From positions 95,668,001 through 95,732,000 of the forward strand of contig NC_087472.1 of the NCBI RefSeq assembly GCF_036321535.1: a stretch of 64,000 bases of DNA. The letters run 5' to 3'. A program made the position numbers and the translations under genes. Of this stretch, positions 1 through 15,839 are shown piece after piece. Origin of the DNA: Camelus dromedarius (lineage: Eukaryota). Within the stretch, counting starts at the first letter, position 1, and the number at the start of each line of letters is the position of its first letter. Below the pieces are notes generated by a model. That model searched no databases. It saw nothing but the letters and a program-made list of their open reading frames with translations, and was not told the DNA's origin.

Positions 1-1430
1 AGATAATTTAGCCAACTTGCTAGATATAAAAATTAACATGCCAAAAATACATGATATAGAAATTAAATTGGGTTTCTATATGCTGCAACAAGAATTTCAC
101 TCAAATTTTGAAATGATACCATTTACAACAACATCAAAAAATATCGAGCACCTTAGAATAAATCTATTTAAAGATGTGTAAGACTGCTATGGGGGAAAAT
201 ACATACATTATGGAAAGATTTAAAGAACTTTATCAACTGAGAGAGACCACATTTATGGTTTGGAAGATTTACTATTTTCAAATCAATTTACTTGAATTTG
301 ATCTATATATTCAATACAATCCCAATCAATATCCCAAGATTTTTTGTTGTTGAATTTGACAGGCTTCTAAAATGTCAATGGACATGCTAAGGACAAAGAA
401 AGGCCTAGACACACTTGAAGAAGAACAAGGTGGAAGGACCTTACCTACCAGATATCAAAATATATTACAAAGTTATAGTAATCAAGACATAGAGACCAAT
501 GCAACAGAGTGTAGAAAAATGGACCTACACATGTATGTGCACTTGAGATATGTGGGAAAGCACTGCATAGAGCTGTGGAAAGAGCAGACTTTCAACCTAT
601 GGTACTGAGGCATGTGAGTATCTATACAGCAAAAAAAAACTGTATTTGGACCTTGAGCTTATATTTGCCAAAAAAATCAATTCCAAGTCAATCAAAAACC
701 TAAATGTTAAAATCAAAGATTTTAGAAAATAATATAGAAAAATATCTTCATGATCTCAGAGTAGGAAAAAATTTATGACAAAAAGCACTATTATAATAAA
801 TTTGGCTACATCAAAATTGAAAACTTTGGTACTTGAAAGGATGTCATCAAGACAGTGAAAAGATACAAAGAATAGAAGAAAATATTTGCAAACTATATAT
901 CTAATAAGAGACTTGATTCAGTCTATCAAAAGAACCCTTACAACACAATAACAAGACAATCTAATTTTTTAAATGGGCATGGATTCTGAACAGACATTTC
1001 TCCAAAGATGATACACAAATGGCCAACTGGCACATGAAAAGATGCTCAACATTACTAATCATTATGGAAAATCCAATCAAAACCACAAGAAACCACTTCA
1101 CTCTCACTAGGATGGCTGTAACAAAAAAAAAGGGAGATTCACAAGTATTGGTGAGAATGGAGAAAAAACTGGAATCCTCATATATTGCTGTTGAGAATGT
1201 AAAATGGTGCAGACACTGTGGAAAACAGTTTGGCAATTCCTCAAAAGGTTAAATATAGTGTTGCCATTAAGACCCAGCAATTCTACTCCTAGGTATATAC
1301 CCAAGAGAACTGAAATCATATGTCCACACAAAAATTTATATATGAATGTTCACAGTAGCACTGTTCACAACAGCCAAAAAGTGGAAACAATCCAAATGTC
1401 TATCAAATGATGAATGGATAAAGAAAATGG
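1..1430 (+). mobile_element. Old LINE-1 (L1M/L1MB-type) ORF2 fragments
   Basis: A-rich decayed ORF2 motifs (e.g. translated [40 protein letters not shown]) with many frameshifts. Confidence 0.85.
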
Positions 1431-2890
<1,460 letters not shown>

Positions 2891-3209
2891 CCAAAAGTAG
2901 ACTTACGAAAAGGCAAAGGGTAAGGCAGGCAATTTCTCTTTATTTATTATAAGCCTTGTAGTATTTTTTGTTTTTGAAACTATGTGCACGTGTTACACAT
3001 TGATATAAAAAAATTAATTTAAAAATAATAAAGGAGAAAAAACCCAATCATGCTCCATTTCAGTTTATCTCCTTAATCAAGAAAGAAGAAAAGGATATTT
3101 AATAAGTCCCAGAAGAGATTAACTTCTAGGGGTTAGTACGTGGGTTTTCTGGGTAAGGGGGATGGTGGAACAGGCAATAGTAGCAAAGCAGCTATGAGGC
3201 ATAAAGTAT

Positions 3210-3430
3210 CAGACATTTTCCTAGGTGATTTGTCTAAACTATTGTGTGGAATTGTCCCAGTAACCCAGGTAGATATTGTCATTCCCTATCAACATATGAG
3301 AGAGCTGAGACTCAGAGAGGTTAAGTGACTTGTCCTCACAAAGCTGGGAAGTGACAGAGCCAAAATTCAAATTCAGATTGATCTGCCTCTAAGTCATGTG
3401 CTCTTAACCGCTAAGCTATCCTAGCTCTCA
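3210..3430 (-). mobile_element. MIR SINE
   Basis: ctgagactcagagaggttaagtgacttgtcc MIR core in reverse orientation. Confidence 0.8.
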
Positions 3431-3779
3431 GGCACATGACCCCACCTTACCTCCTCCACATCTTCATCTAATGGTGCATTAGGATCCAATTCTCTTGCTG
3501 AGTCCTCTAACTTCTTGGCCAAAACCTAGAATTAACCAGGAGAAGATTTTTCAGCAAAGTATTAAGGGAACAAAACAACTCATTAACCTATAATGAAAAA
3601 AGGCTGTAAAATTGTTGGGTCTCGTGTACTTCCCAAAGATTTCCATCTGCCCTGCCTGGTGGTATTGCTACAAGGCTACGTGACCAAGACAGAAGAGACC
3701 AAAGACCAGGGCAAAGGAGAAACAGCAGTTTAGGAAGAGGCCAGCATCCAAGTGTCAGGATATCAGCCTCATCTCTTTT

Positions 3780-4120
3780 CTGTCATCGTATCTCAACTTC
3801 CTCCCTCCCTCTCCCCTTCAATCACATTCCAGCCACATTCAACAATTTGCAGTTTTGTGACCACTACAAATTGTTCCATGCCTCTGTTGCCTTTCTCTCC
3901 ACCTGCTCAGCTCATGGCATCTCCTTTATGATGCCTTTTGTAGCGCACTCAGGTAAAAGCAACCACTCCTTCCTTGGCTTCTAGCATACCTTGTGCACTC
4001 TTCTAGCATCATATCTATAACACTTTATTGCAACTTATAAACGCGCCTGTTTCTGACTTAATAAGCTGTAAGCTCCCTGAAAGCAGAGAATATATGTTCA
4101 TCCCTGTGTCACTAAATATT
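3780..4120 (+). mobile_element. L2 3' fragment
   Basis: CT-rich body ending in ctgtaagctccctgaaagcagaga...ttcatccctgtgtc, typical of the L2 3' end. Confidence 0.6.
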
Positions 4121-4209
4121 TGTGTAAGTATGTATAAGTATGATCCCTCTTTCATAAAGAAAATGTCCTGCTGCATATATATGCCAGTAAAAATCAGCAA
4201 AAGATATAC

Positions 4210-4795
4210 TAACTTTATTCACAATAGCCAATATATGAAAATTCATTAAGCATCTATCAACAGATGAGTGGATTAAGAAAATGTGATACTAATAGTCAGT
4301 AATAAAAAAAAGAAGGAAATTTTGCCATTTGAGATGCCATGGATGAACCCGGAGGGCATTATGCTAAGTGAATAAGCCAGACACAGAAAGATAAATACTC
4401 GATGATCTCACCCACATGTCAAATCTAAAAAAAAAAAGTCAACCTCAAAGAAACAGAGAGTAGAATGGTGGCTGCCAGGGGCTGGGATGTGGGGAAAATG
4501 GAGTACAAACTTTCAGTTATGAGATGAATAAGTTCCGGAAATCTATGGTGACTACAATTAATAACGCTGCATGCAATACTTGAGATTTGTTAAGAGCACA
4601 GACCTTAGGCATTCTCACCAAAAAAAAAAAAAAAAAAAAAAAAAGGTAACCATGTGAGGTGATGGCACTATTAATTAACTTGATTGTGGAAATCATCTCA
4701 CAACATATACATATATCAAAGCATAATGTTGTACACTTTAAATATATACAATTTTATTTGTCAGTTAAACCTCAATAAAGTTGGGGGGAAAAAAA
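4210..4795 (+). mobile_element. L1MA-type 3' end (ORF2 tail + 3' UTR)
   Basis: ggcattatgctaagtgaataagccag; tacaaactttcagttatgagatgaataagttc; ends cctcaataaagttggggggaaaaaaa. Confidence 0.85.
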
Positions 4796-4859
4796 GAAAT
4801 GCTAACAATGGCCATCTTTGGGTGGTGGAATTATGGGCTATTTATTCTTTCCCTATTTC

Positions 4860-6050
4860 TAAAATTTCTGTAATTAAGAACTTCTGTTCATCAAAGATAT
4901 AATTAAAACAGTAAAAAAGGCAAGCCACGAAATAGGAGACAATATTTTGGCAACACACATAAAAGGAACTCCCACAAATCAATGAGGAAAAGAAAAACAA
5001 ACCGATAGTCAAATGGGCTTAAACTTTAAAAAATAGGAACTGAAATGGCCAAAGAATGCACATATATGCATATGCATCCGTGCATATTTTGACAGGTAAC
5101 ATATACATACATACTTTAATATGTATACATGAAAATGTGATTAAAGTCATTAGTCACTCAAAAACATGCAAATTAAAGCCACAATAAGATATCACATTAG
5201 TTCAGCAAAAAATGTTAAGCCTTGTAACAGAAAGTGTTCTGAGGACGTAGAGGAACAAGAGCTCCTGCACACTGCTGGTGACAGTATACATTGGTTCAGC
5301 TGCCTTGGAAAATAGTTCGGCGCCATCCAGTAACATGGAGAAATGTCTGCTTCTTTGTATCAGGATACATACACAAAAATGTCCATTATACATGATTTCC
5401 CCAATCTAGAAATAACTGTCCATCAACAGTAAAATGGATATATTAAATGGACTGTGGTACAGTCAGACAATGGAATGTTACACAGCAGTGAAAATGCACA
5501 AATCAGAACTACACACAAGAACATGAATGACGGGGAAGGTATAGCTCAGTGGTAGAGTGTGGACTTAACATGCACGAGACCCTTGGTTCAGTACCCAGTA
5601 CTTCCATTAAAAGAAAAAAGAAAGAAATACCTAATTACCTCCTCCCTAAAACAAACAAACAAAAAAGAACATGAATGAATCTAAGAAACACAATGTTGCG
5701 TAGTAAAAGCAAGACATAGGATAATACATACAGTATGATTTCATCAGAGTAAAATTCAAACACAGGCAAAACTATATTGTTTGGGAATAGCATACACAGA
5801 TGATAAAACCATAAAGAAAATCAAGAAAATGATTCCTAGAAAAAAGCAGTGTGATAGTCACATCTGATGGAGGGAGGAATGGGGTTACTAGTGGAAATGG
5901 ACATCAGAGGGGCTTCTGGCTCGCTGGTAATGTTTTACTTCTCTGATGTGGGTGGTGATTAACGTGTGTGTTTTGCTTTATAAAACGTATAAATATAAAA
6001 ATATGACTAGAAAAAGAGTGTACATAACTTCTTTAAAATGTTTTTTTAAT
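4860..6050 (+). mobile_element. Old L1 (L1MD/ME-type) 3' region, interrupted by a SINE
   Basis: tgtccatcaacagtaaaatggata, aatggaatgttacacagcagtgaaaatg, aggcaaaact motifs. Confidence 0.8.
5531..5664 (+). mobile_element. Camelid tRNA-Ala-derived SINE (vic-1 type)
   Basis: Head ggggaaggtatagctcagtggtagag (A box), ggttcagtacc (B box), A-rich tail with cctaattacctcc; perfect 14-bp TSD aagaacatgaatga (5517-5530, 5665-5678). Confidence 0.93.
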
Positions 6051-6987
6051 GGCAAAAGGCCCAATATTAAATATAGAAGAGTGACTCGAAACAAAATCGA
6101 GGTGAGCCCAGGTGGGCTGAAAACTTGGTAATCAGCACCTCTCCCCATGACTCCTCTCAATCTTAACCTCCTCAAAGAAGCCTTTGCCGTTGTTCTTGCA
6201 ATTGCTAATTTCTTGCTTCGGAATACTACAGCTAAATTCTGGATTCATCTTTGCTTGGTATTGGCTGCCCGGATACAACAGGAAACCATAACCTGATATA
6301 TGAAATTTCCAAATTTAGAGTCTTTTATCTATGGCCTGGAGTGTCAGAAAACCTGGCCATAGCCTATTTGGAATATCACAGGCATGACAAGGTCTAATCC
6401 CTTTTTTATTACATAGGTAGCCCTGGTGATAACAAGATCAGATTTAGAGATTTGTTTATAATATTGTAAATTTGGGATTGTATGTATATTGTAAAACTGG
6501 GGCTGATATAAACTTTGTCAAGTTTTTTCCAAGCAAAGAGTCAGGCTTGCTCTGCTGCACTGCCTAGTTTAAGTTGTGGCCATGAGGCCCATGGAATCTC
6601 CTAAAATCTTTGAGTTAAACTATCTCTGCCTCTTGGCATTATCCTTTAACCCAAAAGGGCCCATCCACCAGACTGGCTGGGTTTCATTTTCTTGAGCCTT
6701 AGTCATAAGCTTCTCCAAGTCTTCTCTGCTTAGACTCAAAGATTTCAGAAATTAACCAAAGCAGTCTGTGGACTTACTGAGTCGGGTCAGCATAGAGTAT
6801 TAAAATAATTTGTATTTTATTGCCTTTAACTTGAGCTCACACTCTTGAGTTCACCACTTGGACTACCCCTCCCTGTGATATCAATTAATATTAAATACAT
6901 TCCTGGTCCCTTTGGCATTTGAGTTTAGGAACCACTTTAAGGGTTGTTGACCCAAATTATTTTTTGCTGTGAATTAAAAAGGGAGGA

Positions 6988-7445
6988 TTTATTCATTTCC
7001 CAGGGCTGCTCTAAGAAACTACCACAAATTTGGTTGCTTGAGATAACAGAAATCTGCGTAGTTCTGAAGACCAGAAGTCTGAAATTAGCATCACCATGCT
7101 AAAATCAACGTATCAGCAGGACCACACTCCCTCCCAGGGCTCTAGGAGAGAGTCACTCCCTTGCCTCTTTCAGGTTCTGGTGGTTGCTGCCATTCCTTGG
7201 CTTGTGGCTGCAAAACTCCAGCATCTGCCTCAGTCTTCTCCTCTTTGTGTGTCAAATCCCCCTCTACCTCTCTCATATAAGGACACTTCTGATGGCAAGC
7301 AGGGACCACCTGGATAATCCAGGATTATTTCCTCATCTTAAAATCCTTAACATAATCACACACCCTTTTTCCAAATAAGGTAATATTTACAGGTTCCAGG
7401 GATGAGGACCTGGTAGCTTTGGGGATGCCATTCAGCCCACTACCA
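6988..7445 (-). mobile_element. MLT1 (MaLR) solo LTR
   Basis: tttcccagggctgct...accacaaatt...gttctgaagaccagaagtctgaaat...ccaaataaggtaatatttacagg...attcagcccactacca. Confidence 0.85.
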
Positions 7446-9899
7446 AGTCCAAATGTAAAGTTCAACCCCACTCCTGGTGACACTGTCTTGTTGCTCACTC
7501 TGCCAAAAACAATTCAGCCAGTTTTCTTAAAATTGGTCCACGAATCATGTAGACACTGCCCATAAACCGTTTTTCCTGACTTCTTGATGAGCAGCCTCCA
7601 AGTATTCTTGATGGTACGTCTCTACTAAAAAATAGAGCATGCTCCTCTAAGACATGATGTTTATTTTGTTTATTTATAAATTGTGGGTGCCAGTGTAGCA
7701 GTGTGTTACTACCACACATATAAAAACTGAATTTTTTAAAAGATGAGGGGGAAATACATATATATAGAATTACTACCGTTTCCTTCCAACACCCAAGTGA
7801 ATCATCTTGTCAACTCTCCAAGTCACACACATCGCACTTCCCAAGACACTCCTGTTGTGCATCCTAGCTCCCCAAGACTCCAAGGAAGACCTTTAAGGAC
7901 TGTTGCTTAAGATGGGAAAGCGGAATGAGTCCTGGGCTTCCCACTTTAACTTCACCCACAGCAAGTCAGCTTGGAACTCTGTGATTCATTTGGGGGTTTT
8001 GCAAATGATTTCAATAGGAAAAATTACCCTCTGCAAAAAAAAAAAAATTACTAAAAAAAATAATAATAGGTCTGAAACCCACTTCTCTGGAGCACTCTCT
8101 TTTGGTGTGAGTCTCTGGGCGGCCTTTCACGCAGGTGGCACATGACATCACTCGGCCCCAGCTGTTCCTTATTAACTCAGCTTCTCAGCGAAAGAGACAG
8201 CCTTTTTACAACTTGACTTTTTTAAGGAGACAGCCCATTTTGCAAATCCACCAAACATATTAAACACAGTGCAGACTGCCGCATTCCAGAAATATAAATT
8301 TGACAAAGAAACCCTATGCTTTCACAGCCCCCACTCAGACATGGATTGATCTCAAGTCCTTAAGGACACCAGGCTTGGCAGAAAGGCCTCCCTGTTTTGT
8401 CACCTTAACAGAAATGCCTGCCGAGCCAACTACACTACCAGTGGGTCAAAGCTCAAGGATCACCCAGAAGTCTATAACCCTCACTAAGGCCTCGAGACCA
8501 TCTCCAACATGAGTGAACTTTGCAAATGTGTTCTTTGCCTGCTCATAATGCCTAATAAGGCCCTGACCATGAGGCTAAGAGGTGGAGAAGAAAAGCCACA
8601 CGCCTGCAGGCTGCCACTTGAGTTCACAGCAAAATGACAGGCAGCGTGCGTGATCCAAGGGGAAGAATCTGACAGTCACACTTCAGTCTTTCTGCCATGT
8701 TTTTTTTTTAACATGGGGAGGCTGCAGCATCAGTAGTGTCATCCTCTAATAGAAAGGACAACTACATATAATGCATAATTGCCCGTCTAAATGACTTGTT
8801 ATTTTGACGGCCTATTTTAAAATGTCTGTAATTGCTTCCAACGAGACTTGGAATAAATGAGAAGTCAGCACAGGCAATCACTGGTGGAGACACAGCCTGG
8901 CTTTGGAAAACTTAGTACAGATTATTTTGTCATGTGTCAATTACTACCAATTCCTGCTTATGATCACAGGCATTTGTACTGCTTTATGGGGTATTTCTTC
9001 CAACTCTGTCCCACTTAAGCAACAGGAGTATCACATGCAGGTGTATAAAAGACAAGGCAGACTATTTTCAAGGGCAATGAGCAGAAGCTGGCTGAGCCTG
9101 ATTAATTAGTTTTACAGAATTTTTGCTCGTGCCAAATCCTGGCCTTTTCTGTAAAACAAAACAAAGTAAGGTAAAAGCAAGCCTCACCCAGAGTTATCGC
9201 CATCTCTCCAAATGAACTTTTTTTCTCCCCTCATATGCTTGTTTGCGAAGACTTAAAATAACAAATCACTTCTTTATAACAAAATTGTCTCCCTGGAATA
9301 ACAGGCTTTGGTGTGAGTTCTGATAGAGCAATAGCTCCTCTAAATGACAGCAAAGGCTTGCAGCAGGGATGCAAGGCACATCTATTTCAGGGCTTCCCAT
9401 TAAAGAGAAAAGCAGTTCGGCAAGGAATGAAGTCATTTCCTGACTCATTGGGATGCCATGTTTAAACCAGTTTTTTGCCTGAGGATAGAGAGGTTATAAA
9501 AATGTGACTGAGCCTAAACGAGATGAATCATCCCTTCAGGATTCAGGAAAGCAAATTTTTAACATGCTCCCGAAACATATAAGATAGGGACAGAGGCTTA
9601 GTGAGACCCTTTTCCCATTCCTTCCATGGGAAGAAGGAGGCACTCTACCCTATACACTTTGTTAAAGCCAGTTCCATAAATAATCGGTTTCAGTATGATT
9701 ACACTTTTTAAGTGTAGATGCAATAGGAACAGATCAATGTTTAAGCATTAAAAACATCAGGAGATAAGGGAGAAAATGGATTCAAAGCTTGTTGATTCTG
9801 CATATTTTGAAAATAAGTGAGTCAAAGAACCCCCCAAAAATCGCTGTTTTTGAAGGATGATACACAACACTTAATAAGTGAGGACTCCAAGAATTTATT

Positions 9900-11000
9900 T
9901 TACTAGAGAAATGTTTAATATTTAATCTCACTAGCAATCAAAGATAAATTTTATCATTTAAAATAACATGAGATACCATCTTCACCTATCAAATTAGCAA
10001 CAGTTGACAAAATAAAGGGGGACTGGTTATTACTCAGAGCAGGTGAGGGACTACAGATTGGCTCAACTTTCTGGAAGATGACTGGGCAGGACTTATGAAA
10101 ACCCTTTAAATGTTCACACTCCTTAACCCAGTAATTCTACATCTAGGAACCTATCTTTTTTTTTCTTTTTCTTTTTCTTTTTCTTTTTCTATTGAAATAT
10201 AACACTGTTTAAGGTGTACAACATGTTGATTTGAAACACTATTGCAAAATGATTACAAAAATGATGAAAGTGTTAGTATCAGCTAACACCTCTGGCAGGT
10301 AACACAATTATCATTTCTTCTTTGTAGTGAGAACAGTGAAGATCTAGTCTTTTAGCAACTTTCAAGTATATTATACAGTATTATTAACTATAATCATCAT
10401 GCTGTACATTAGATCCCCCAAACTTATTCAGCTTCCAACTGTAAGTTTGTACCCTTTGACCAACACCTCTCCATTTCTCCCACCTCTCAGCTCCTGGGAA
10501 CCAGGGTAGAATATTCTGTTTCTGTCAGTTTGACTTTTTTAGATCACACAGTATTTGTTTTTCTCTGGCCAATTTCACTTAGCATAATGTCCTCAAGGTC
10601 CATCCATGTTGTTGCAAATGGCAGGATTTCCTTCGTTCTCATGGCTGAATAGTATTCCATTGCGTGTGTGCATGTATCATATCTTCTTTACCCATTCCTC
10701 TAGGAGTCTATCTTAAAGCAATAATCTGATATTTGGACAGAGGTATGTTCACGAAACTGTCCTTACAGTATTATTTTTAGTGGAAAACTCAAAAGCAACT
10801 TACATGGCCAACAACAGAATAACCACAATACTATTATAGAACACTACTATGATGGAGCATTATACAAACAATTGAACTATATTTAGGGATTATCTTTAAT
10901 AATAAGGAGCCATACCCAGGAAAAAAAGCAGTAAGAAAAACTGTATATACAGGAAGAAAAAAATATGCAAAAGATTTCCTAAGTAGGTATCACTCTGGAG
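9900..11000 (+). mobile_element. Old L1ME fragments hosting a younger antisense L1
   Basis: atgagataccatcttcacctatcaaattagc; acccagtaattctacatctagga resumes after the insert. Confidence 0.65.
10158..10698 (-). mobile_element. 5'-truncated L1MA-type 3' end
   Basis: Poly-T tail, antisense L1 3' UTR, 16-bp TSD tctaggaacctatctt (10142-10157) / tctaggagtctatctt (10699-10714). Confidence 0.9.
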
Positions 11001-11492
11001 ACTGGACTGGAAAGATCTTCCCCATTTTAAATACACCAGGTCATTACTGATGTTATATTGGTGTATTCGCACATTGAACCTCTGAAACCCTGGTGGTATT
11101 TCCTGATGAACCTGAGTCAATAAGAATCTGCATAAACTTCTCAAAGAATAATAGAACTGAGCTGTCTGCTGGTTGACTCTGCCTCCAGGCCCCTGGAAGC
11201 CCACAGCCAATGAGAAGAGAGCAGTGATGGGAGCAGCCATTCCACAGACTGGCCAACAGATTATACTACGTAGAGTCGACATACCCTTTCAGAAATACTT
11301 CTACTGCATTCCGGTATTGCCACAGATGCCGAAACCCTACTCAATGGATGTTTGTTGAGTCTTGGCTGAATTCTTACAAAATAATACATATTGGATGGAA
11401 ATGGGAGGAGGGGTATCAGAGAAAGATATACAGAAACAGGGACCAAATCTGGAGAAACAAGCAAACTGGGTGAAAAAAATAAGATCAAAGAA

Positions 11493-12616
11493 TGATGATC
11501 TCCAGGTCCATCCATGTTGCTGCAAATGGCATTATTTTATTCTTTTTGTGGTTGAGTAGTATTCCATTCTATAAATATACGATGACTTCTTTATCCAGTC
11601 ATCTGTTGATGGACATTTAGGTTGTTTCCATGTCTTGGCTATTGTAAACAGTGCTGCTATGAACATTGGGGTACAGGAATTAAGGTTCCCTCCAGATATA
11701 TACCCAGATATATAATCCCAGGAGTGGGATTGCTGGATCATATGATAAGTCTATTTTTAGCTTTTTGAGGAATCTCCATACTGTTTTCCATAATGGCTGC
11801 ACCAAACTACAACCCCACACCTTCTCCAGCATTTACTGTTTGTGAACTTTTGAATGATTGCCATTCTGACTGGTGCGAAGTGATAGCTCACTGAAGCTTT
11901 GATTAGCATTTCTCTGATAATTAGTGATATAGAGCATTTTTTCATGTTCCTGCCACTCATCTGGAATGTCTTCATTACAGAATTGCTTATTTAGGTCTTC
12001 TGCCCATTTTTGGATTGAGTTGTTTGTTTTTTTGCTATTAAGTTGTATGAGCTGTTTATATATTCTGGAAATGAAGCCCTTGTCAGTCGCATCATTTGCA
12101 AATATTTTTTCCCATTCTGTAGGTTGTCATTTTGTTTTGCTTATGGTTTCCTTTGCTGTGCAAAAGCTTGTAAGTTTAATTATCTTAAAAGTTTAACTTA
12201 CAAGTTTAATTAATAGATCATCATTCTAAGTGAAGTAAGCCAGAAACAGAAAGAAAAATACCACATGATATCACTCACATGTGGAATCTAAAAAACAAAC
12301 ACACAAATGAACTTATTTACAAAAGAGAAACAGACTCACAGACATAAAGAACAAACTTATGATTACCAGCGGGGGAAGGCGGTGGGAAGGAATAAATTGG
12401 GAGTTCAGGATTTGCAGATACTAACTACTATAAATACAATAGATAAGCAACAAGGTCCTACTGTATCACACAGGGAACTCTATTCAATATCTTATAATAA
12501 CCTTTAATGAAAAAGAATATGAAAAGGAATATACATATATTTATTTGTATGATGAACCATAATGCTGTACACCAGAAATTGACACAACATTGTAAACTGA
12601 CTATATACTTCAATTT
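11493..12616 (+). mobile_element. Young 5'-inverted (twin-primed) L1
   Basis: Antisense ORF2 to about 12182, sense 3' end from 12215, perfect 20-bp TSD aaaaaaataagatcaaagaa (11473-11492, 12617-12636). Confidence 0.95.
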
Positions 12617-12789
12617 AAAAAAATAAGATCAAAGAAATGTAGTAGAAAAGAAAGATGAGGGAAAGTAATGGAGAACAATGAACTGGGATTTCCTCAAAAC
12701 TATCAGATTAGAGCAAATTATTTTACTAATTAAAAAGTTAATATATCAAAACACAACTCTAGAAAGTTGTATTCCCTAACAATGACTAA

Positions 12790-13080
12790 AATTTATTGAC
12801 CACTTTCCATATATCTATAGCTTTCCATGAATCAGGCACTGGTAAATGAGTCAATACACATAGTGAAGTGTTTGCATTAATTCATTTAATCTGTATTATT
12901 GCCTTAATGGGATAGGTATTTCTGTTGCCTTAACAGGATAGGTATGTCTCTTTTACAGAAGAGAAAGGGTTAAGCCCAGAGAGATTAAATAACCTATACA
13001 AGTACTTACAGCTCTTAGGAGGAAGGGTAAGGGTTCAGCCCCAGGGCTTCCGGTTCCAGGGCTTCCTCACCATAGTACAG
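12790..13080 (-). mobile_element. MIR SINE (decayed)
   Basis: ttttacagaagagaaa...gcccagagagattaaataacc core. Confidence 0.6.
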
Positions 13081-15455
13081 CCTCTACCCACTGAAGCCAG
13101 GACAGTTCCTCATTTGAAGTCCTAAAGTTCTTACCATCACGCAGATTTAATATCAAACACTTAAGAGTTTTGCATGTTTGTTGCATTTTCATCTTAGTAC
13201 AACATGTCTTCCCAACTAGACTCTAAAACACTGAATGCAGGAACTGTAAATAATACTTCTCTATAATCCTCACAGCACTTAGCACTATTCTCTACTCATT
13301 AAATAAGATTTAATTGGAACTTCAGCAAAGAGAAAACTTTCAAAACATCTATTCCGATAATTTTGCAATCAAATAAGCTCTGCCAACGTTCTTTGCTAAG
13401 AAGCAGTCATCTTTTGAGATTGCTGGAAATCTAAGTTTAGGAAAAAAAAAGAAGTTAATGCTTTTTTATCTCATTCTATTCCCTTTGACAGATGAAACCA
13501 AAAATAATCAACTTTGCATCTCCAAAGTGCTCCACCCCCATGAAAGCAGGCGGAGAGTGAGCCATCACTAGGACACAAATGTGTTCTGCTCAAGGCAATC
13601 AAATAAATCAAGCAACCCCCAAAATATAGTTAAAGCAAAGTGACTCAGACACAGTTCATGTTTTTAGTCACTTAGAATCCAAAGTTACTCTGAAACACGA
13701 ACAGTTTTTAAAGCATTACTCATTTTGCTTTCTCTGATAAAACTAAAATAACCCAATACAATTATCTGAATGGTTATAATTTAAAGATTTAAAATACACG
13801 CTCAAAACCTAACATTTCAAATTAGTGCCACTCTTTAGGACAAACTTTAACTAATAATAATGATCTGTTAGAAAAGTATCCTGGAGAAACTAATTTCCTA
13901 CCATTTTCTTTTTATTAAGCTAATCTGAAGAGAGAAAAAAAAAAGAGCATTCTTCCATGGGGCTGTGTTAAAGAAAGAACAGCACTGCAGAAACCATGTA
14001 CCTAAAAAGTCATTACTCAAAATTGAAAGCTGTTTTCATATCTCATCTAAGAAAGTATTTATTCTCATGCTGGAAAATTAAATATGGTTAAAGACCATTA
14101 TTTAGAAATAACTGAGCTTCACCAAATCAATAAACTAAAACAATTTCTAGGTGACCTTATCAGTAGCTCAAATAGGTTTAATCATATATGCCAACTCCTA
14201 TTGGTTAGTAGTATAGACCTGGATAATGTGTTGAGAAGGATTCTGAGATCATATCCAAGTGAAAACATATTTGGATCAATTAGCAATCAGCAATGCATGT
14301 ATACCAGTACCAAAAATTTGGGCTAACTGCCATAATTTACAAAAAGTAAAATATAAACCCTCCATCTGAAATGAGAGATGTGAGCCGGGGACGGCAAAGG
14401 TGCTACCAGATTCTTTGGTTCATTTTAAGAGAGAGAATTCATTGCTTAGTCATACCCCAGATTCATGGTCCTCTAATCAAATGAGCAGTAAAGGAATAGG
14501 AGATGGACTAAACATTTAGCGACAGTCTACTCTGTGTCACACATTGAGCCTTACCTCAACAACCCATTTCCATGGCCAGAGCCAAGATTTTTGTCATTAC
14601 TAATAACAACACCTCTCCATTGTCTTAATTTCAATCATTCTAGTCCCCAAACATCACTTCCTATTTTTCTGGCTTACTCCTTCCAGTATCTAGTCTCCCA
14701 AAAAGCCCTCTACCCCTTGATATATCCAATCCATTGGTCCTACCACCCTTTCACTGTCCCTCACCTCCCCACCGGGTCCTCAACTTTCCTATTTACCCAC
14801 CATAAACTCCATGGTCAATTATCACTCCCTTGCATTCACTGTCAATTTCATTCTTCTTTTCTCTCTTCATCATAATTACCTAGCAAAACCCTACACTCTG
14901 TTACATCCAGATCTCTGCTGACTCCAGACCTGTATCCATATAACCTAAATGTTGCCAGAGGAAAAAACCATAGTGATTGTCTGTTTCGAAATCCAATATT
15001 ACCTCAAGCAGGTCCTTAGTAACACTGGCCATCCCACTACATTTCCTTCATCCATTCACTTTCCCATGAGACTACAATTTCATACCTTCTCCTCTCTCTT
15101 CAAATCTCAATGTCTCTTTCTCCTTACTTACTCTCAACTAATGGTCATGTTTCCAGTTTCAGGGAAAATACAGAAACAAGAGAATTCCCACAGGTTCTCA
15201 CCACACCTTCTACCCACCCACCTCTGTATGTTCTACCTTCTCTTCTGAAACAATGGATGAGCTGTCCCTTGCTCTCATCAAAAGCCAAGCCCTCCATTTG
15301 CACACGAGGTTCCATCCCTCTTGCTTAACCGAAAACATCTTTCCTGCATTTCTCCCCTCTGGGCATCATCAATTTTCCCCTTTCTACTAAATCACTCCCA
15401 CCAGTACTCAAACATTATCTAAATATACCCATCTTTAAAATAAAAAAATTTTTTT

Positions 15456-15598
15456 GGAGGGGAGGATATATAGCTCAGTGGTAGAGTGCATACTTAGCAT
15501 GCACGAGGTCTTGGGTTCAGTATCTCCATTTTTAAAATAAATAAATAAGTAAATAAACCTAATTACTCCCCAAAAATAAAAAATAAAGTAAATAAAAT
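15456..15598 (+). mobile_element. Camelid tRNA-Ala-derived SINE
   Basis: ggaggggaggatatatagctcagtggtagagtgcatacttagcatgcacgagg head; TSD aaaaattttttt on both sides. Confidence 0.9.
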
Positions 15599-15839
15599 AA
15601 AAATTTTTTTTAATTTTCTTGGCCCCACATACCCCTCCAGGTATTACCCAATTTTTCTGCTCCGTATTTTATGGGAATAGGAATACCTACTGAGAAGGAT
15701 TAGAAATGATGTTATATATCACCCTAGGACAATGTCTAGCAGAGAATGGAAACTCAAGAGATATTATTTATTTATAGTAATGTTAAGATCCTGCTGAAGG
15801 TGCTAAGAAATAGGCAGATTTAAGAAATATGCTCCTGAT

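Noticed and set aside
10896..11282. 128-aa minus-strand ORF and possible acceptor at 11112
   Set aside because: No recognisable domain, runs into L1ME sequence, weak splice sites
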